A stretch of DNA of 64,000 bases, taken from positions 4,416,001-4,480,000 of the forward strand of contig CAVWVQ010000003.1 in the NCBI GenBank assembly GCA_963758525.1, given 5' to 3'. Positions 44,429 through 55,642 of this stretch are shown here, one piece after another. The position numbers were made by a program, and so were the translations under genes. The notes below the pieces were generated by a model that worked only from the letters and a program-made list of their open reading frames with translations, was not told where the DNA came from and did no database searches. Positions within the stretch are counted from its first letter, which is position 1, and every line of letters begins with the position of its first letter. The DNA comes from an uncultured Phycisphaerales bacterium (lineage in GTDB: Bacteria; Planctomycetota; Phycisphaerae; Tepidisphaerales; Tepidisphaeraceae).

Positions 44429-44884
44429 TTAGCTGGCACGTGTCACTCCCTTCGGCAGCGAAAGACGCTCATCGATGTGCTCGACAAATTCCCGGATTTC
44501 ATCCCGAACTCGGCGATAGTGCCCGAGTGCTTCCTCTTCGGTCTTTGCGTATCTCGCGAGCCTCGGCGGGTCGTCGAAGCCGACGTGAACGACTTTTGTC
44601 TTGCCGGGAAAGAGCGGGCAGCTTTCCTGAGCGTTGTCGCAAACCGTGACGACATAGCAGAACGAAATATCCTTTAGCTCATCGACGTGTTTTGATTTCT
44701 GGCCGCTGATATCCACGCCAGCCTCTTTCATTACCCTCACCGCGTTCTGATTGAGCCCGTGCGGCTCAACGCCGGCGGAGTAGGCGTCGAATTGGTCGGC
44801 CTTCAGGTGTTTCGCCCACCCCTCGGCCATCTGACTCCGGCATGAGTTTCCGGTGCAAAGAAAGAGAATGTTTTGAAGACTCAT
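44429..44884 (-). CDS. arsC: Arsenate reductase (thioredoxin-coupled, LMW-PTP fold)
   Basis: LCTGNSCRSQMAEG, VTVCD..ESCP, FDDPP. Confidence 0.93.
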   Translation of the reverse strand: MSLQNILFLCTGNSCRSQMAEGWAKHLKADQFDAYSAGVEPHGLNQNAVRVMKEAGVDISGQKSKHVDELKDISFCYVVTVCDNAQESCPLFPGKTKVVHVGFDDPPRLARYAKTEEEALGHYRRVRDEIREFVEHIDERLSLPKGVTRAS

Positions 44885-44897
44885 CTTTTTTAACTCC

Positions 44898-44913
44898 ATC
44901 CGCTTAAGCGAAT
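44898..44913. promoter_or_regulatory. Probable ArsR operator upstream of arsC
   Basis: Palindrome atccgcttaagcgaat; near-identical site at 45296-45311. Confidence 0.55.
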
Positions 44914-44931
44914 ACATAAGTGCAAAAAAAA

Positions 44932-45297
44932 TCAGTCGCAGCACTTTTCCTTTTCACAGCATGCGCGGCCAAGTTCCTTCTTGTCCTTGGCAAGCTCGGG
45001 CACGTCTGTAAAACAGCAACCGAGACACTCGATAAGCTTTCGGTGAAAATCGCTCTTTGCCGGGGCGAGCTCGTAATACATCCAAAGCCCCTCTTTGCGG
45101 GCCGTCACAAGCCCGGCTTTTCGAAGATAAGCCAAGTGCCGCGAAACGGTCGGCTGCGGTGAACCAATCACCCGGACCAAATCGCAAACGCAAAGCTCCC
45201 CTGGCCTCAAGAGGTTCAGGATGCGGAGCCGCGTTCTGTCCGAGAAAGCTCGGAACATCGTGTCAACGCGGTTCTTTTTGGGCGCAACGCCATGCAT
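44932..45297 (-). CDS. arsR: ArsR/SmtB transcriptional repressor
   Basis: FRAFSDRTRLRIL, ELCVCDL, QPTVSRHLAYL; Cys-rich tail. Confidence 0.93.
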   Translation of the reverse strand: MHGVAPKKNRVDTMFRAFSDRTRLRILNLLRPGELCVCDLVRVIGSPQPTVSRHLAYLRKAGLVTARKEGLWMYYELAPAKSDFHRKLIECLGCCFTDVPELAKDKKELGRACCEKEKCCD

Positions 45298-45337
45298 TCG
45301 CTTAGACGAATATAGTGCTACTCTGAACAGCGGTCAA
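45296..45337 (-). promoter_or_regulatory. arsR promoter overlapped by operator
   Basis: TTGACC-17-TATATT; palindrome ATTCGTCTAAGCGAAT over the predicted start site. Confidence 0.6.
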
Positions 45338-45426
45338 GTTTCGTCGTTCCTTGGTGTCTTCTTCCCGTCGCGCCGCTGTCCCTCCGACCGCAGCGATCCG
45401 CGGCGGCGGATGCCTTCCCGGTCCTT

Positions 45427-46146
45427 CTATTGAGGTTGCCCCCGAACCACAGCCGCCGGCTCGTCGCGGGTCAACGCGGCTTGGAAATTTGGGTCGGTTT
45501 CCAGAGTACTCATCTGCATCTGGACAATTTGCTGACGTGCTTCCAACGCTTGCCGGGCAGCGAGCCGGATCTGGTCCGAATCTTTTTGGCCGCCGCTGCG
45601 CAGGGCAGCGACCTTCTGCTCGGCTGACGCAAGGCGCGCCACCGCCGCCCGGTATTCCGGTTGGCTGCTCAGTTCGGCCTGCATTTGTGAGCTGGCCGCG
45701 TCAATCTGTGCCCACATCGCGTTGCTGGTCCTGGGCGCCACCGTCGTTGCGGATGCGTCGGTGCCAGCGCGCACTGCACCGCTCGAACCGATCTGGCGGC
45801 TCCGGTTCTCGACTTCATTGAACGATGGGATGGCCGGCTGAATGGTCGTCGGCGGCGACACGTAGCCGATGGGCGAATCGGTCACCGGCACCAAGTCCTG
45901 CACCGGGTCGTCGTCGGTGACGGCAGATTCCGCGGCAGGTTCCGCGGTCGCGGCGCGCGCGCCGGCCGTCTTGTGCACTGGAACAGGAGCAGGCGCCGCC
46001 GCTCCAACGGTGGGGACCTTGGGAGGCTGCGCGGAACCGGTTGAACGATGTTTCGCCGTTGTCGATTTCGACGAGCCATGGGCCGGCTCCGGCGTCCCAT
46101 TCCCTCGTCCCGCTCCCTGGGCGGGCAACGCCAACAGTGCCAGCAT
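45427..46146 (-). CDS. Hypothetical Ala/Pro-rich protein with helical C-terminus
   Basis: Signal-like N-terminus; start uncertain. Confidence 0.5.
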   Translation of the reverse strand: MLALLALPAQGAGRGNGTPEPAHGSSKSTTAKHRSTGSAQPPKVPTVGAAAPAPVPVHKTAGARAATAEPAAESAVTDDDPVQDLVPVTDSPIGYVSPPTTIQPAIPSFNEVENRSRQIGSSGAVRAGTDASATTVAPRTSNAMWAQIDAASSQMQAELSSQPEYRAAVARLASAEQKVAALRSGGQKDSDQIRLAARQALEARQQIVQMQMSTLETDPNFQAALTRDEPAAVVRGQPQ

Positions 46147-46409
46147 TCCGCCAACGATGAATCTGCTGATGTGTCGCGTACGTCACCTCATTTTCCCGCG
46201 GCACCAGACAAAGCTTGGGCCGCGATACGAAAATGAGGGGCAACGCCGATGCCAGCCCCTGCAATTTTCGCAGGAATCTGGCCGTAGCAAGTGTCTGATA
46301 ATGTGGAGATCCTACGCAATCGCCCGGCGCGGAAAAGTCGGGTCCTGCGTCAACCCGCGCACCGGATTCCGCTCCACGCGAGTCTGGATGTTTTCCAATC
46401 CGGGTCTGC

Positions 46410-47522
46410 TCACTTCCGCCGCCGCGGCGCGGCGGGTTTCTCCCGGCCTTGCGCCTCCGCGTGCAGCCAATCTTCTAACGCTCTCCCTTGCTGCCTGCCG
46501 CGGTGCTCCCAGATGTAGTAAGCGGCCACGGCAAGCCACTCGTGCGTGATCTGCACTGCGATCTCCGGGAACACAGGTGGGGCGCCGAGTGCCGGACTCT
46601 CGTTGACTTGTGGGGCGACGGTATGGGGAGCCGGGGCGACCTGCGGTGGATTGATTTCCCGCGGCACGTTGACCGCGGCATTGCCTGGCTCGCTGGCCGC
46701 TTCGCTGGCCGTGCCGGCGGAGGAATGCCGCGGCGCCGGAATCGACTCCGCGGGGGGCGGTGTCGAGACTGGTGTGGCTACCTTTGGGGCAGGAGCGACC
46801 GGTGACGCCTGCGGCTGCGGGGGCAAGTCCGCCAACACGGGGATAGGGGCTTTCCCAGTCTGCGAATCGGGAGACATCGGAATGTCGATTGTGCTGGGTT
46901 CCTCTGGGGAGCTCGAGTCTTCGCCGTGAAACCCTGTGGGGGGAGAGTCGGTCCCGATCGCAGGACCGAACCCTGATGAAGGGCTTGGCGACTGCGCCGC
47001 AGGCGTCGGAGGGGGCGCTACGAAGGTCTGATGCTGCGAGGAAACTTCCGGATATTGTGCCCATGCACTCTGAGCCGCCACTGCTTCCTGCAGCATGGCA
47101 TCAATCCCCTTATCCAAGGCGGCGCGTTCCGTCGGGATCATTGAACGACCCAACGCTACTGTCGCCCGTTCGACGATGACTCGGCGGAGCAGCCGGTCCT
47201 CCATCATCATCGCGCGGATGTCGAAACGATGTTGGAACGGGCTTGGCTCTTGTGCGGGGGAAGGTTGCGTCAGGTCGTCAGCGTCGTGCCGGGTGATGCG
47301 ATCCATCGCGGCAGCCATTTTTGCAATCATTGCAGGCAGGTGTTCTTGCAGTTCCTGGGATGGAAGACCAGTTGCCGGCGGGATGGCAGCTTGAATCGCA
47401 CCGATCCACGCTTCGACGATCTGGTTCGCCTGCGATCGCAGCGCACTTGCCAGTTCTGGCAACGGGCGATCGGTTGTCATCCCGGCAGCAGATTCCCCGT
47501 CTGATTCATTTGATTGTGCCAA
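46410..47522 (-). CDS. Hypothetical protein: RsbRD-like N-terminus, Pro-rich linker, DUF2934-like C-terminus
   Basis: LRSQANQIVEAW..; AVAAYYIWEHRGRQQGRALEDWLHAE. Confidence 0.6.
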   Translation of the reverse strand: MAQSNESDGESAAGMTTDRPLPELASALRSQANQIVEAWIGAIQAAIPPATGLPSQELQEHLPAMIAKMAAAMDRITRHDADDLTQPSPAQEPSPFQHRFDIRAMMMEDRLLRRVIVERATVALGRSMIPTERAALDKGIDAMLQEAVAAQSAWAQYPEVSSQHQTFVAPPPTPAAQSPSPSSGFGPAIGTDSPPTGFHGEDSSSPEEPSTIDIPMSPDSQTGKAPIPVLADLPPQPQASPVAPAPKVATPVSTPPPAESIPAPRHSSAGTASEAASEPGNAAVNVPREINPPQVAPAPHTVAPQVNESPALGAPPVFPEIAVQITHEWLAVAAYYIWEHRGRQQGRALEDWLHAEAQGREKPAAPRRRK

Positions 47523-47767
47523 CGGTCGCTCCTTTGGGGGCGGGGAGATTGCCGCTTCAAAATTTGGACGTTCGGCCGATTTCTTTCATTCTCTGTTGCG
47601 TGAACTTCGTGTTGGTCATGCAAGTCGCCATTGGAAACTGCTCCAAGAAAGCGAATGGACGATAGTCTATCACAAACCCGCCAGTCGCAGGACTTCATGA
47701 GGGCGCCACGCCCAGAGAGAATGAAAATGGGTTGCGTCTGGCATTGGGTAGCGTCTCATTTCAGAGC

Positions 47768-47892
47768 AGAAATGTCCAAGGCCCAATGGCCAACAAAGCC
47801 CCAAGGTCCAAGTCCCAAGGCTGGTTCTCGCATTGGTCATTGTGATTATTGTGATTTGGGATTTTGTTGGCCATTGGGCCTTGGACATTTCT
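47768..47892. repeat. Heptamer-based inverted repeat element
   Basis: 30-bp IR agaaatgtccaaggcccaatggccaacaaa / tttgttggccattgggccttggacatttct. Confidence 0.7.
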
Positions 47893-47985
47893 TGGTCTCC
47901 CACACTCTTTTCGGAGCAGTTTTTGCGTCGCGGCGGACGCGGCGGCTACTTGTAAAATGCCTCTTAGCGATGGAAACTCGCGCAC

Positions 47986-48689
47986 ATGATCATGCTGACG
48001 GCTGACGAATCGCGCGTGCTGGGGGTGTTGGTCGAGAAGGCGCTGACTACGCCGGACCAATATCCGTTGTCGCTCAATGCGATCGTGAACGGGGCGAACC
48101 AGAAAAACAATCGAGATCCGGTGCTTGCCATGACCGAGCAGGCCGCGTTCGAGGCGGCGGAGGGGCTGAGGGAGAAGCAGCTTGCGGTGCGGGTGGATCA
48201 AGCCGGAGGACGGGTGCATAAATACCGGCATTCGGCGATGGAGACGCTGTGTGTGCGGACAGCGGAACTGGCGGTGCTGGCGGAACTGCTGATGCGCGGG
48301 CCGCAAACGCTGGGGGAATTGCGCGGTCGGGCCTCGCGGATGCATCCGCTGGAATCGATCGAGCGGGCGAAGGAAGTGCTCCGGCGCTGTCCGAACGGCC
48401 CGAGCCGTATGTGAAGGAGATTCCGCCGTCGCCCGGGAGCCGGGCTGAGCGGTACGTGCAGTTGCTCTGCCCGGAGCTTCACGACATCAGCGACGCGGCC
48501 CAGCCAGCATCCTCGCCGGCGCTGAGCGGGTCACCGGCGGGCAACCCGTTGGCCACGCGTGTAACGCAGTTGGAGGCGGAGGTTCGATCGCTCCGCGACC
48601 TGGTTGCAAAACTGGCGAGCGCGGTCGGGGAGGAAGCGATCGCGCGGGAAGTGGCTGCCCCCGCGAGGCCAGCGCAGTCACAGTTGTAA
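47986..48689 (+). CDS. yceH: YceH/DUF480 family protein (frameshift near 48384)
   Basis: ESRVLGVLVEK..TTPDQYPLSLNA..NQKNNRDPV, LLMRGPQTLGELRGR; RVTQLEAEV in second frame. Confidence 0.85.
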
Positions 48690-48712
48690 ACCCCTGTTCT
48701 GGGACACGAGGC

Positions 48713-49114
48713 TCATTCCTTGGGACCTTTCAGTTCCTTCGCCCGCTTAGGCTTGCCGCCCAAACCACGATGCGTTTGGCCCTTTGGAACTTGAATCTTC
48801 GGTCTCGGGTGAGTGACGTTGCCGCCCCAGTCGATATTCAAGTGATCACCGTTGGGTAGCTGAACGTCCCATTCCCAATCTTCAGCCTCGGTGCGGGATG
48901 GCCCCTTGCGCCAACGCCGACCTTTCGAGTCGATGTACTCGCCATTGGAATTTTTTCTAAGAGGTTGGTTGGATCGCCAGTGCCTTGGAGGGACGAACGG
49001 GAATCCGCCGCCGGTCGGCAAATTGTGATCGCTCAACACCTGCCGCTTAAGCTCTTCCTCGTCCTGAACTGCATCGTCAGCGGGTTGAAGCGGTTTCTCT
49101 TCGTGCTTCGCCAC
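48713..49114 (-). CDS. Stand-alone polymorphic-toxin RNase-like domain (Ntox17-like)
   Basis: FVPP..W..PL..YIDSKGRRWRKGPSRT..EWDVQL..HLNI..GNVTH pattern recognised from memory; AGGGGG RBS. Confidence 0.65.
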   Translation of the reverse strand: MAKHEEKPLQPADDAVQDEEELKRQVLSDHNLPTGGGFPFVPPRHWRSNQPLRKNSNGEYIDSKGRRWRKGPSRTEAEDWEWDVQLPNGDHLNIDWGGNVTHPRPKIQVPKGQTHRGLGGKPKRAKELKGPKE

Positions 49115-49126
49115 GATACCCCCTGG

Positions 49127-49582
49127 CTAAGCGACGAGCGTGCCGTTCCCATCGGCGTCAACTCGCACACGCACTGTCTTGCCGCCGCCATAAATGACAT
49201 CTTCAGGAACTGTTTGGCCGGTGTCCCATAGGGCTTGCCCATTCAGCACGAACGTTTCCTGAATCGAGGGAAAGTAGACGGAGTAGGTCCAATCTCCATT
49301 AGAATTCTGCGCATCCAAGACGATGCCCGTGCGTCCTCGGGCTAAAGCCACTTCATCGGCCTGTCCGACGGCAACCACCTTGGCGTACTCGGGCAGCGGT
49401 ACGCGCGGGCTACGTTGCGAACGTACCACCGCCAGTATCCCCGTATGAACAAGCTCATCCAGAATGATACGCATTTCACCGACCATCTGGACAAGGCTCG
49501 CCAGCTCGGTTGGCTTTGCCCGCGCGGAGCGCGGGCGCTTTCGTAAGGCCGGTGGTTTGCGTGTTTTTTGAGCTGTCGCCAT
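49127..49582 (-). CDS. Immunity protein (Imm31-like) with N-terminal basic/helical extension
   Basis: EYAKV..GRTGIVL..WTYSVY..TG..EDVIYGG..VRVRVDADGNG pattern; GGGAGG RBS. Confidence 0.6.
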   Translation of the reverse strand: MATAQKTRKPPALRKRPRSARAKPTELASLVQMVGEMRIILDELVHTGILAVVRSQRSPRVPLPEYAKVVAVGQADEVALARGRTGIVLDAQNSNGDWTYSVYFPSIQETFVLNGQALWDTGQTVPEDVIYGGGKTVRVRVDADGNGTLVA

Positions 49583-49816
49583 CGTTCCTCCCCGGAATTA
49601 TCCTCTGGCTCGAGACGAAAGTCGAGTTACCGGAAACGAATGAACAAATCTGGTGATGTCTATTTTTCACGCGTCTATTGGTCAGCTATGATCCGCGGTT
49701 TGCCGGCGATCAGCCTGTGGAGATCGTCGCTGAAGGAGCGTTCCCTGACGGAGCGAAATCGCAGGAGTCGCCAGCAGGCGGCTTTTTTCGAACAGATTCC
49801 GGCTCATTGTAATTGA

Positions 49817-52093
<2,277 letters not shown>

Positions 52094-52224
52094 TAGCCGC
52101 CCCGTGCCAGCCGGCGAGAAGATTTCCCCGAACGCCGAGGGTCTTGCACCCTCGGATAATCTCGCTCGCCCTTGTCGCGAGGAGCCAGGGTATCCGCTGT
52201 CGCATGCTCGCGTCCGGGCGCGAA

Positions 52225-52923
52225 CTATGAGCCGAGTCTGCTTCTGCGTCGACGTGAGAGCAATACGGTCGCAACGGCCCCGAGCAGACTGAGCGATGCA
52301 GGCTCGGGAACGGCGCCGCCCGGCGCGGTGAGTTCGCCGGAGATCGCGTAGAGAAATAAACCGTTGCCGGCGCCGTAGGTGCCGTCGTCCCAGCGAATAC
52401 CACCAGGATCGGAAGGGTTTCCGAAAACCGGGCTGGCACTGCCTAATTCATTTCCGGTCGCGGTGGCGCCGTCGTTAAGCGTGCCTGTCCACGCGGGGAG
52501 TACCGTATTGCCACCCGCCTCACCGATCCCAGGCACCGAAGCGGAGAAGAGCGCGGCCAGGTCGGAGGCGATCAGCACCTCCTGGTTGGACGCATTTGAA
52601 GCCTGGAATATCGCAGGGTCGTCAGCGGCAGGCAAGGCGATGTGATCGATCGCGGAAACGCTTGACGTGGAACCGATCACTTGCCAGGTTGTTGTCAACC
52701 CGGCGAAGCTCGGATTGGCCGTCGCATCCACGGTGACGTCGGCGTCGTAGTCCGCAATATTTGACGAAGTAGCTGAATAAAGATTATTTGTTAAAAAAAC
52801 CAGGCGATACTTTTCGCCCGGAGTAGCGTCGGTCGGCACGATGCCATTCGCCAGCGCTGACGATGCGCACAGGAGCGCCGTTGCTGCCGCGATAATCCCA
52901 TTCTTCAAAGCGATGATCTTCAT
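52225..52923 (-). CDS. PEP-CTERM exosortase substrate
   Basis: Signal peptide; C-terminal VPEPASLSLLGAVATVLLSRRRRS. Confidence 0.88.
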   Translation of the reverse strand: MKIIALKNGIIAAATALLCASSALANGIVPTDATPGEKYRLVFLTNNLYSATSSNIADYDADVTVDATANPSFAGLTTTWQVIGSTSSVSAIDHIALPAADDPAIFQASNASNQEVLIASDLAALFSASVPGIGEAGGNTVLPAWTGTLNDGATATGNELGSASPVFGNPSDPGGIRWDDGTYGAGNGLFLYAISGELTAPGGAVPEPASLSLLGAVATVLLSRRRRSRLGS

Positions 52924-53271
52924 ATGCACTTTCTCCACATTGATTATCGATTGCCCATGAGGTGTGTGTGTAGCATCTCCGGTCGGCGTTCCTCGCACCG
53001 ATCGGCACATCAGCCAATTCTGTTGGCGGCCGGTTAAAAACGGCCTGCATCGAGAAGCTACAGTGGAACGACATGACCCCGCGGCCACCGACTTGGCCAA
53101 CCCACTGCCTCTGCGCGAGCGGAATGAAGCCCAACATCCGCGCACTGTTTTAGCGAGCGGGAGCGTAACTCACATGGAGCTGGATCGCAAGAGACAATTT
53201 TTTGATATTTTATATTATTGCTCGGCAGCAAAATCTGCGGGCTGACTCCGGTTGAGGCAGATGGCCGGGTG

Positions 53272-53631
53272 TCATGCCGGAAGGAAGCCACGCAGGGCGC
53301 GGGTGAACAGCTCGGCACGTTTCAATCCAGAGCGATTGGCGTAGGCGTCTGCCTTTTTAAGCAGGTCGCGCTCCACACTGAGCGAAATGACTTTGACCCC
53401 ACGGCCGATCTTCGGCCGGCCCATCCGCTTTTTCTCCCGCTTCACCTCGGCGCGTTCGGCGGTATTGAGCGGGCGCATCTCCTTGCGATGCTTTCCCTGC
53501 TCATAGAATCGGGCGACTTTTTCCTTATCCTCGGCGCTGAGGGCGTCGAACTCGGTGCCGTTGCTGAAATCGGGGAAGTCGTCCGCTGCACCGGTCGTCT
53601 GTTTCCCGCGTGCCCTTGTAATCTTGCTCAT
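53272..53631 (-). CDS. BrnA/CopG-like antitoxin
   Basis: GRPKIG..VISLSVERDLLKKADAYA..GLKRAEL RHH; follows BrnT-like gene. Confidence 0.7.
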   Translation of the reverse strand: MSKITRARGKQTTGAADDFPDFSNGTEFDALSAEDKEKVARFYEQGKHRKEMRPLNTAERAEVKREKKRMGRPKIGRGVKVISLSVERDLLKKADAYANRSGLKRAELFTRALRGFLPA

Positions 53632-53655
53632 GTCTATCGCTCCGTGCCTCCGGCA

Positions 53656-53886
53656 TTACCGGTAGGGCATTGCGTGGATGACGTAGAAAGTCCCATCCGG
53701 GTCCTTCACGTACACCACTTCAACCTTGCGCCCGCTGATTCCGCGGCCGTGGACAACCCACGAGCCCTTGCGATGTCTGCGATGTTTTCTGGCATTCCGC
53801 ACCACGCGTTCGGTCTCTTCCGGTGTGACGCCGTGCTTGGCGATGTGTTGCACGTTCCACGCGTTCCATCGGAACTCGACTACCAC
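53656..53886 (-). CDS. BrnT-like toxin
   Basis: EFRWNAWNVQHIAKHGVTPEETERV..GR..GRKVEVVY..YVIHAMP. Confidence 0.75.
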   Translation of the reverse strand: MVVEFRWNAWNVQHIAKHGVTPEETERVVRNARKHRRHRKGSWVVHGRGISGRKVEVVYVKDPDGTFYVIHAMPYR

Positions 53887-53892
53887 AAGTTT

Positions 53893-53921
53893 ATTATAGA
53901 ATAAAGTCCGGCGATGGTCAA
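53893..53921 (-). promoter_or_regulatory. Sigma70 promoter, probably leaderless toxin mRNA
   Basis: TTGACC-17-TATAAT, 6 nt before GTG 53886. Confidence 0.7.
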
Positions 53922-53976
53922 CGACTGAGTTCTGCATCGTTGTCAGACCCCCAAACGTCGCCGGTTGCAGCTTGGG

Positions 53977-54078
53977 CGAAGTCTATGGCAGCGCCAATGC
54001 GCAGAATAAAATTCGTCCACGATTTCGTGGGGGCCTGGGATCAGGTCATGACCCTCGATCGGTTTGATCCGCCGTGAT
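53977..54078 (+). repeat. Degenerate copy of katG 3' end
   Basis: Aligns with 51994-52094 (cgaagtctatggcagcgcc...aaattcgtccacgatttcgtgg...ctcgatcggtt..gtgat). Confidence 0.88.
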
Positions 54079-54110
54079 GCGGGCGGTGCTCATTCGGCTA
54101 GGATAACGCC

Positions 54111-54791
54111 ATGGGCAGGTTTAGGCGGGCAAGAACTATTGCGCTCCTGGCGGGGCTGGTTGTTTGTCTGATTGTTGCCGGCGCCTTTCTCACACCCACA
54201 CAGCGATGGTCGGATTCCGGCAGTCAGGGGACGACACCGATTTGTTTCGCGCACACCGCAGACGCCGCACGCACGCTGATTGCCGAAGGCGCGGATCCAA
54301 AGGTTCGGAGCGATTACGCTGCGACGCCGCTTCATTTCGCAGCCGGCCGTGGCGACTGGGAGGTGGCCGCGGTCTTGATCGCGGCCGGCGGGGATGTGAA
54401 CGCCAGGGATGTCACGGGCGACACGCCTTTACACTGGGCCACATGCGAGAATTGGGATCCGGATGAGGGCAAGCACTGCAGTGCCGGACCGTTTGATCCG
54501 CAACGAAAGTTACGCGTTGCCCGCCTGCTGGTCGAGCATGGCGCCCGCGTCAACGCGGCCGGCGCTTTCGGTGGGAAGACACCTTTGTTCGAGGCAGTCA
54601 GAACGAATGTGGAGCTGACCCGATTTCTCCTGGATTCTGGCGCGTCAGCAGACGCACGCACGTCCGATGGGTACGCACCCCTGCATCAAGCGATGAATGC
54701 GGAAGTAGTTCGGCTGCTGATTGAGCACGGCGCGAAAGTGAACGCGCGAGAACGTCTGGGAGCAGCGCACTCCGCTCTATTTTGCACATGA
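54111..54791 (+). CDS. Membrane-anchored ankyrin-repeat protein (3' end possibly frameshifted)
   Basis: TPLHFAA, TPLHWA, TPLFEA, APLHQA repeats with GADP/GARVN. Confidence 0.85.
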   Translation: MGRFRRARTIALLAGLVVCLIVAGAFLTPTQRWSDSGSQGTTPICFAHTADAARTLIAEGADPKVRSDYAATPLHFAAGRGDWEVAAVLIAAGGDVNARDVTGDTPLHWATCENWDPDEGKHCSAGPFDPQRKLRVARLLVEHGARVNAAGAFGGKTPLFEAVRTNVELTRFLLDSGASADARTSDGYAPLHQAMNAEVVRLLIEHGAKVNARERLGAAHSALFCT

Positions 54792-54947
54792 GCCGGACGT
54801 GATTGCGGAACTGACAAAGGCCGGTGGCACCAAATAGCGCATCCTAATCGCAAAACGGGACGGCATTTTCCGTATTCAAAACGAGGCATCTTGGACCATG
54901 CCGGATCTGCCGATATAATAAAGTATAACTAAAAACGTGGAGGCGGC

Positions 54948-55202
54948 ATGATGGTCATGGTGAAGAAGCTGGGCGGCAGCGTTGCCGTTGTCATCCCCAG
55001 GGCATTGGCGCGCGAGATGGAACTGGTTGAAGGGACTCCGCTGGACATCAGCGTCGACGCCGCGGGCATTGTCCTGAGGAAGCAAGGGCGTCGGCCGCGG
55101 CGCTCGTTGCGCGGGATCGTGGCGCGGATCGACCCGAAGAGCTACCGCCGTCACAGTCGCGAGCTGTCGGAAGACCGGCCTGTCGGAAGGGAGATCTGGT
55201 GA
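54948..55202 (+). CDS. mazE: AbrB/MazE-family antitoxin
   Basis: VKKLGGSVAVVIP..GREIW; overlaps toxin start. Confidence 0.85.
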   Translation: MMVMVKKLGGSVAVVIPRALAREMELVEGTPLDISVDAAGIVLRKQGRRPRRSLRGIVARIDPKSYRRHSRELSEDRPVGREIW

Positions 55203-55555
55203 GCAAGCGAACCTACCATCCCGATCGCGGCGATTTGATCGAAATGAACTTCCAACCCGCGGCCGGCCGCGAGATCGACAAGCGACGTCCCGCCGTCATC
55301 CTCAGCCCCGTGACGTACAACCGTCGCTCGGGCATCTGTCTCGCCGTGCCCACCACCACCGACTTGACGCCTGGCCCGCTCTGGCTGCCGATGCCCGCCG
55401 GTTACCTCGCTTCGCCGAGTCTCATTCTTTGCGACTACGTCAAGAGCTTTGACTACCGTGAGCGATCCGCATCTTTCATAAACCGGCTGCCTCTTGAACT
55501 GGTCGAGCAGATCATCAGCAACATTCTGGACCTGATCGACCCGGCCTCGGTATAG
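55199..55555 (+). CDS. mazF: MazF/PemK endoribonuclease toxin
   Basis: PDRGDLIEMNFQPAAGREIDKRRPAVILSP..YN..VPTT. Confidence 0.9.
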   Translation: MSKRTYHPDRGDLIEMNFQPAAGREIDKRRPAVILSPVTYNRRSGICLAVPTTTDLTPGPLWLPMPAGYLASPSLILCDYVKSFDYRERSASFINRLPLELVEQIISNILDLIDPASV

Positions 55556-55642
55556 TCGATCCCTGACTGTCGCGGCATGGGCCCGGCCGCGACGATAGCG
55601 CGCAAAAGAAAAGAGGCGCTCGTTTGCACGAGCGCCTCTGAC

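Larger units (their letters stand above)
42727..44439 (-). pseudogene. arsC: Second arsenate reductase interrupted by IS630
   Basis: N-part CTGNSRRSQMAEG..FDDPASFEGTEEEKL at 44071-44439; C-part [14 protein letters not shown] at 42727-42837; joins in frame when the IS is removed. Confidence 0.88.

Noticed and set aside
52930..53270. Riboswitch upstream of the PEP-CTERM gene
   Set aside because: No recognisable aptamer consensus.
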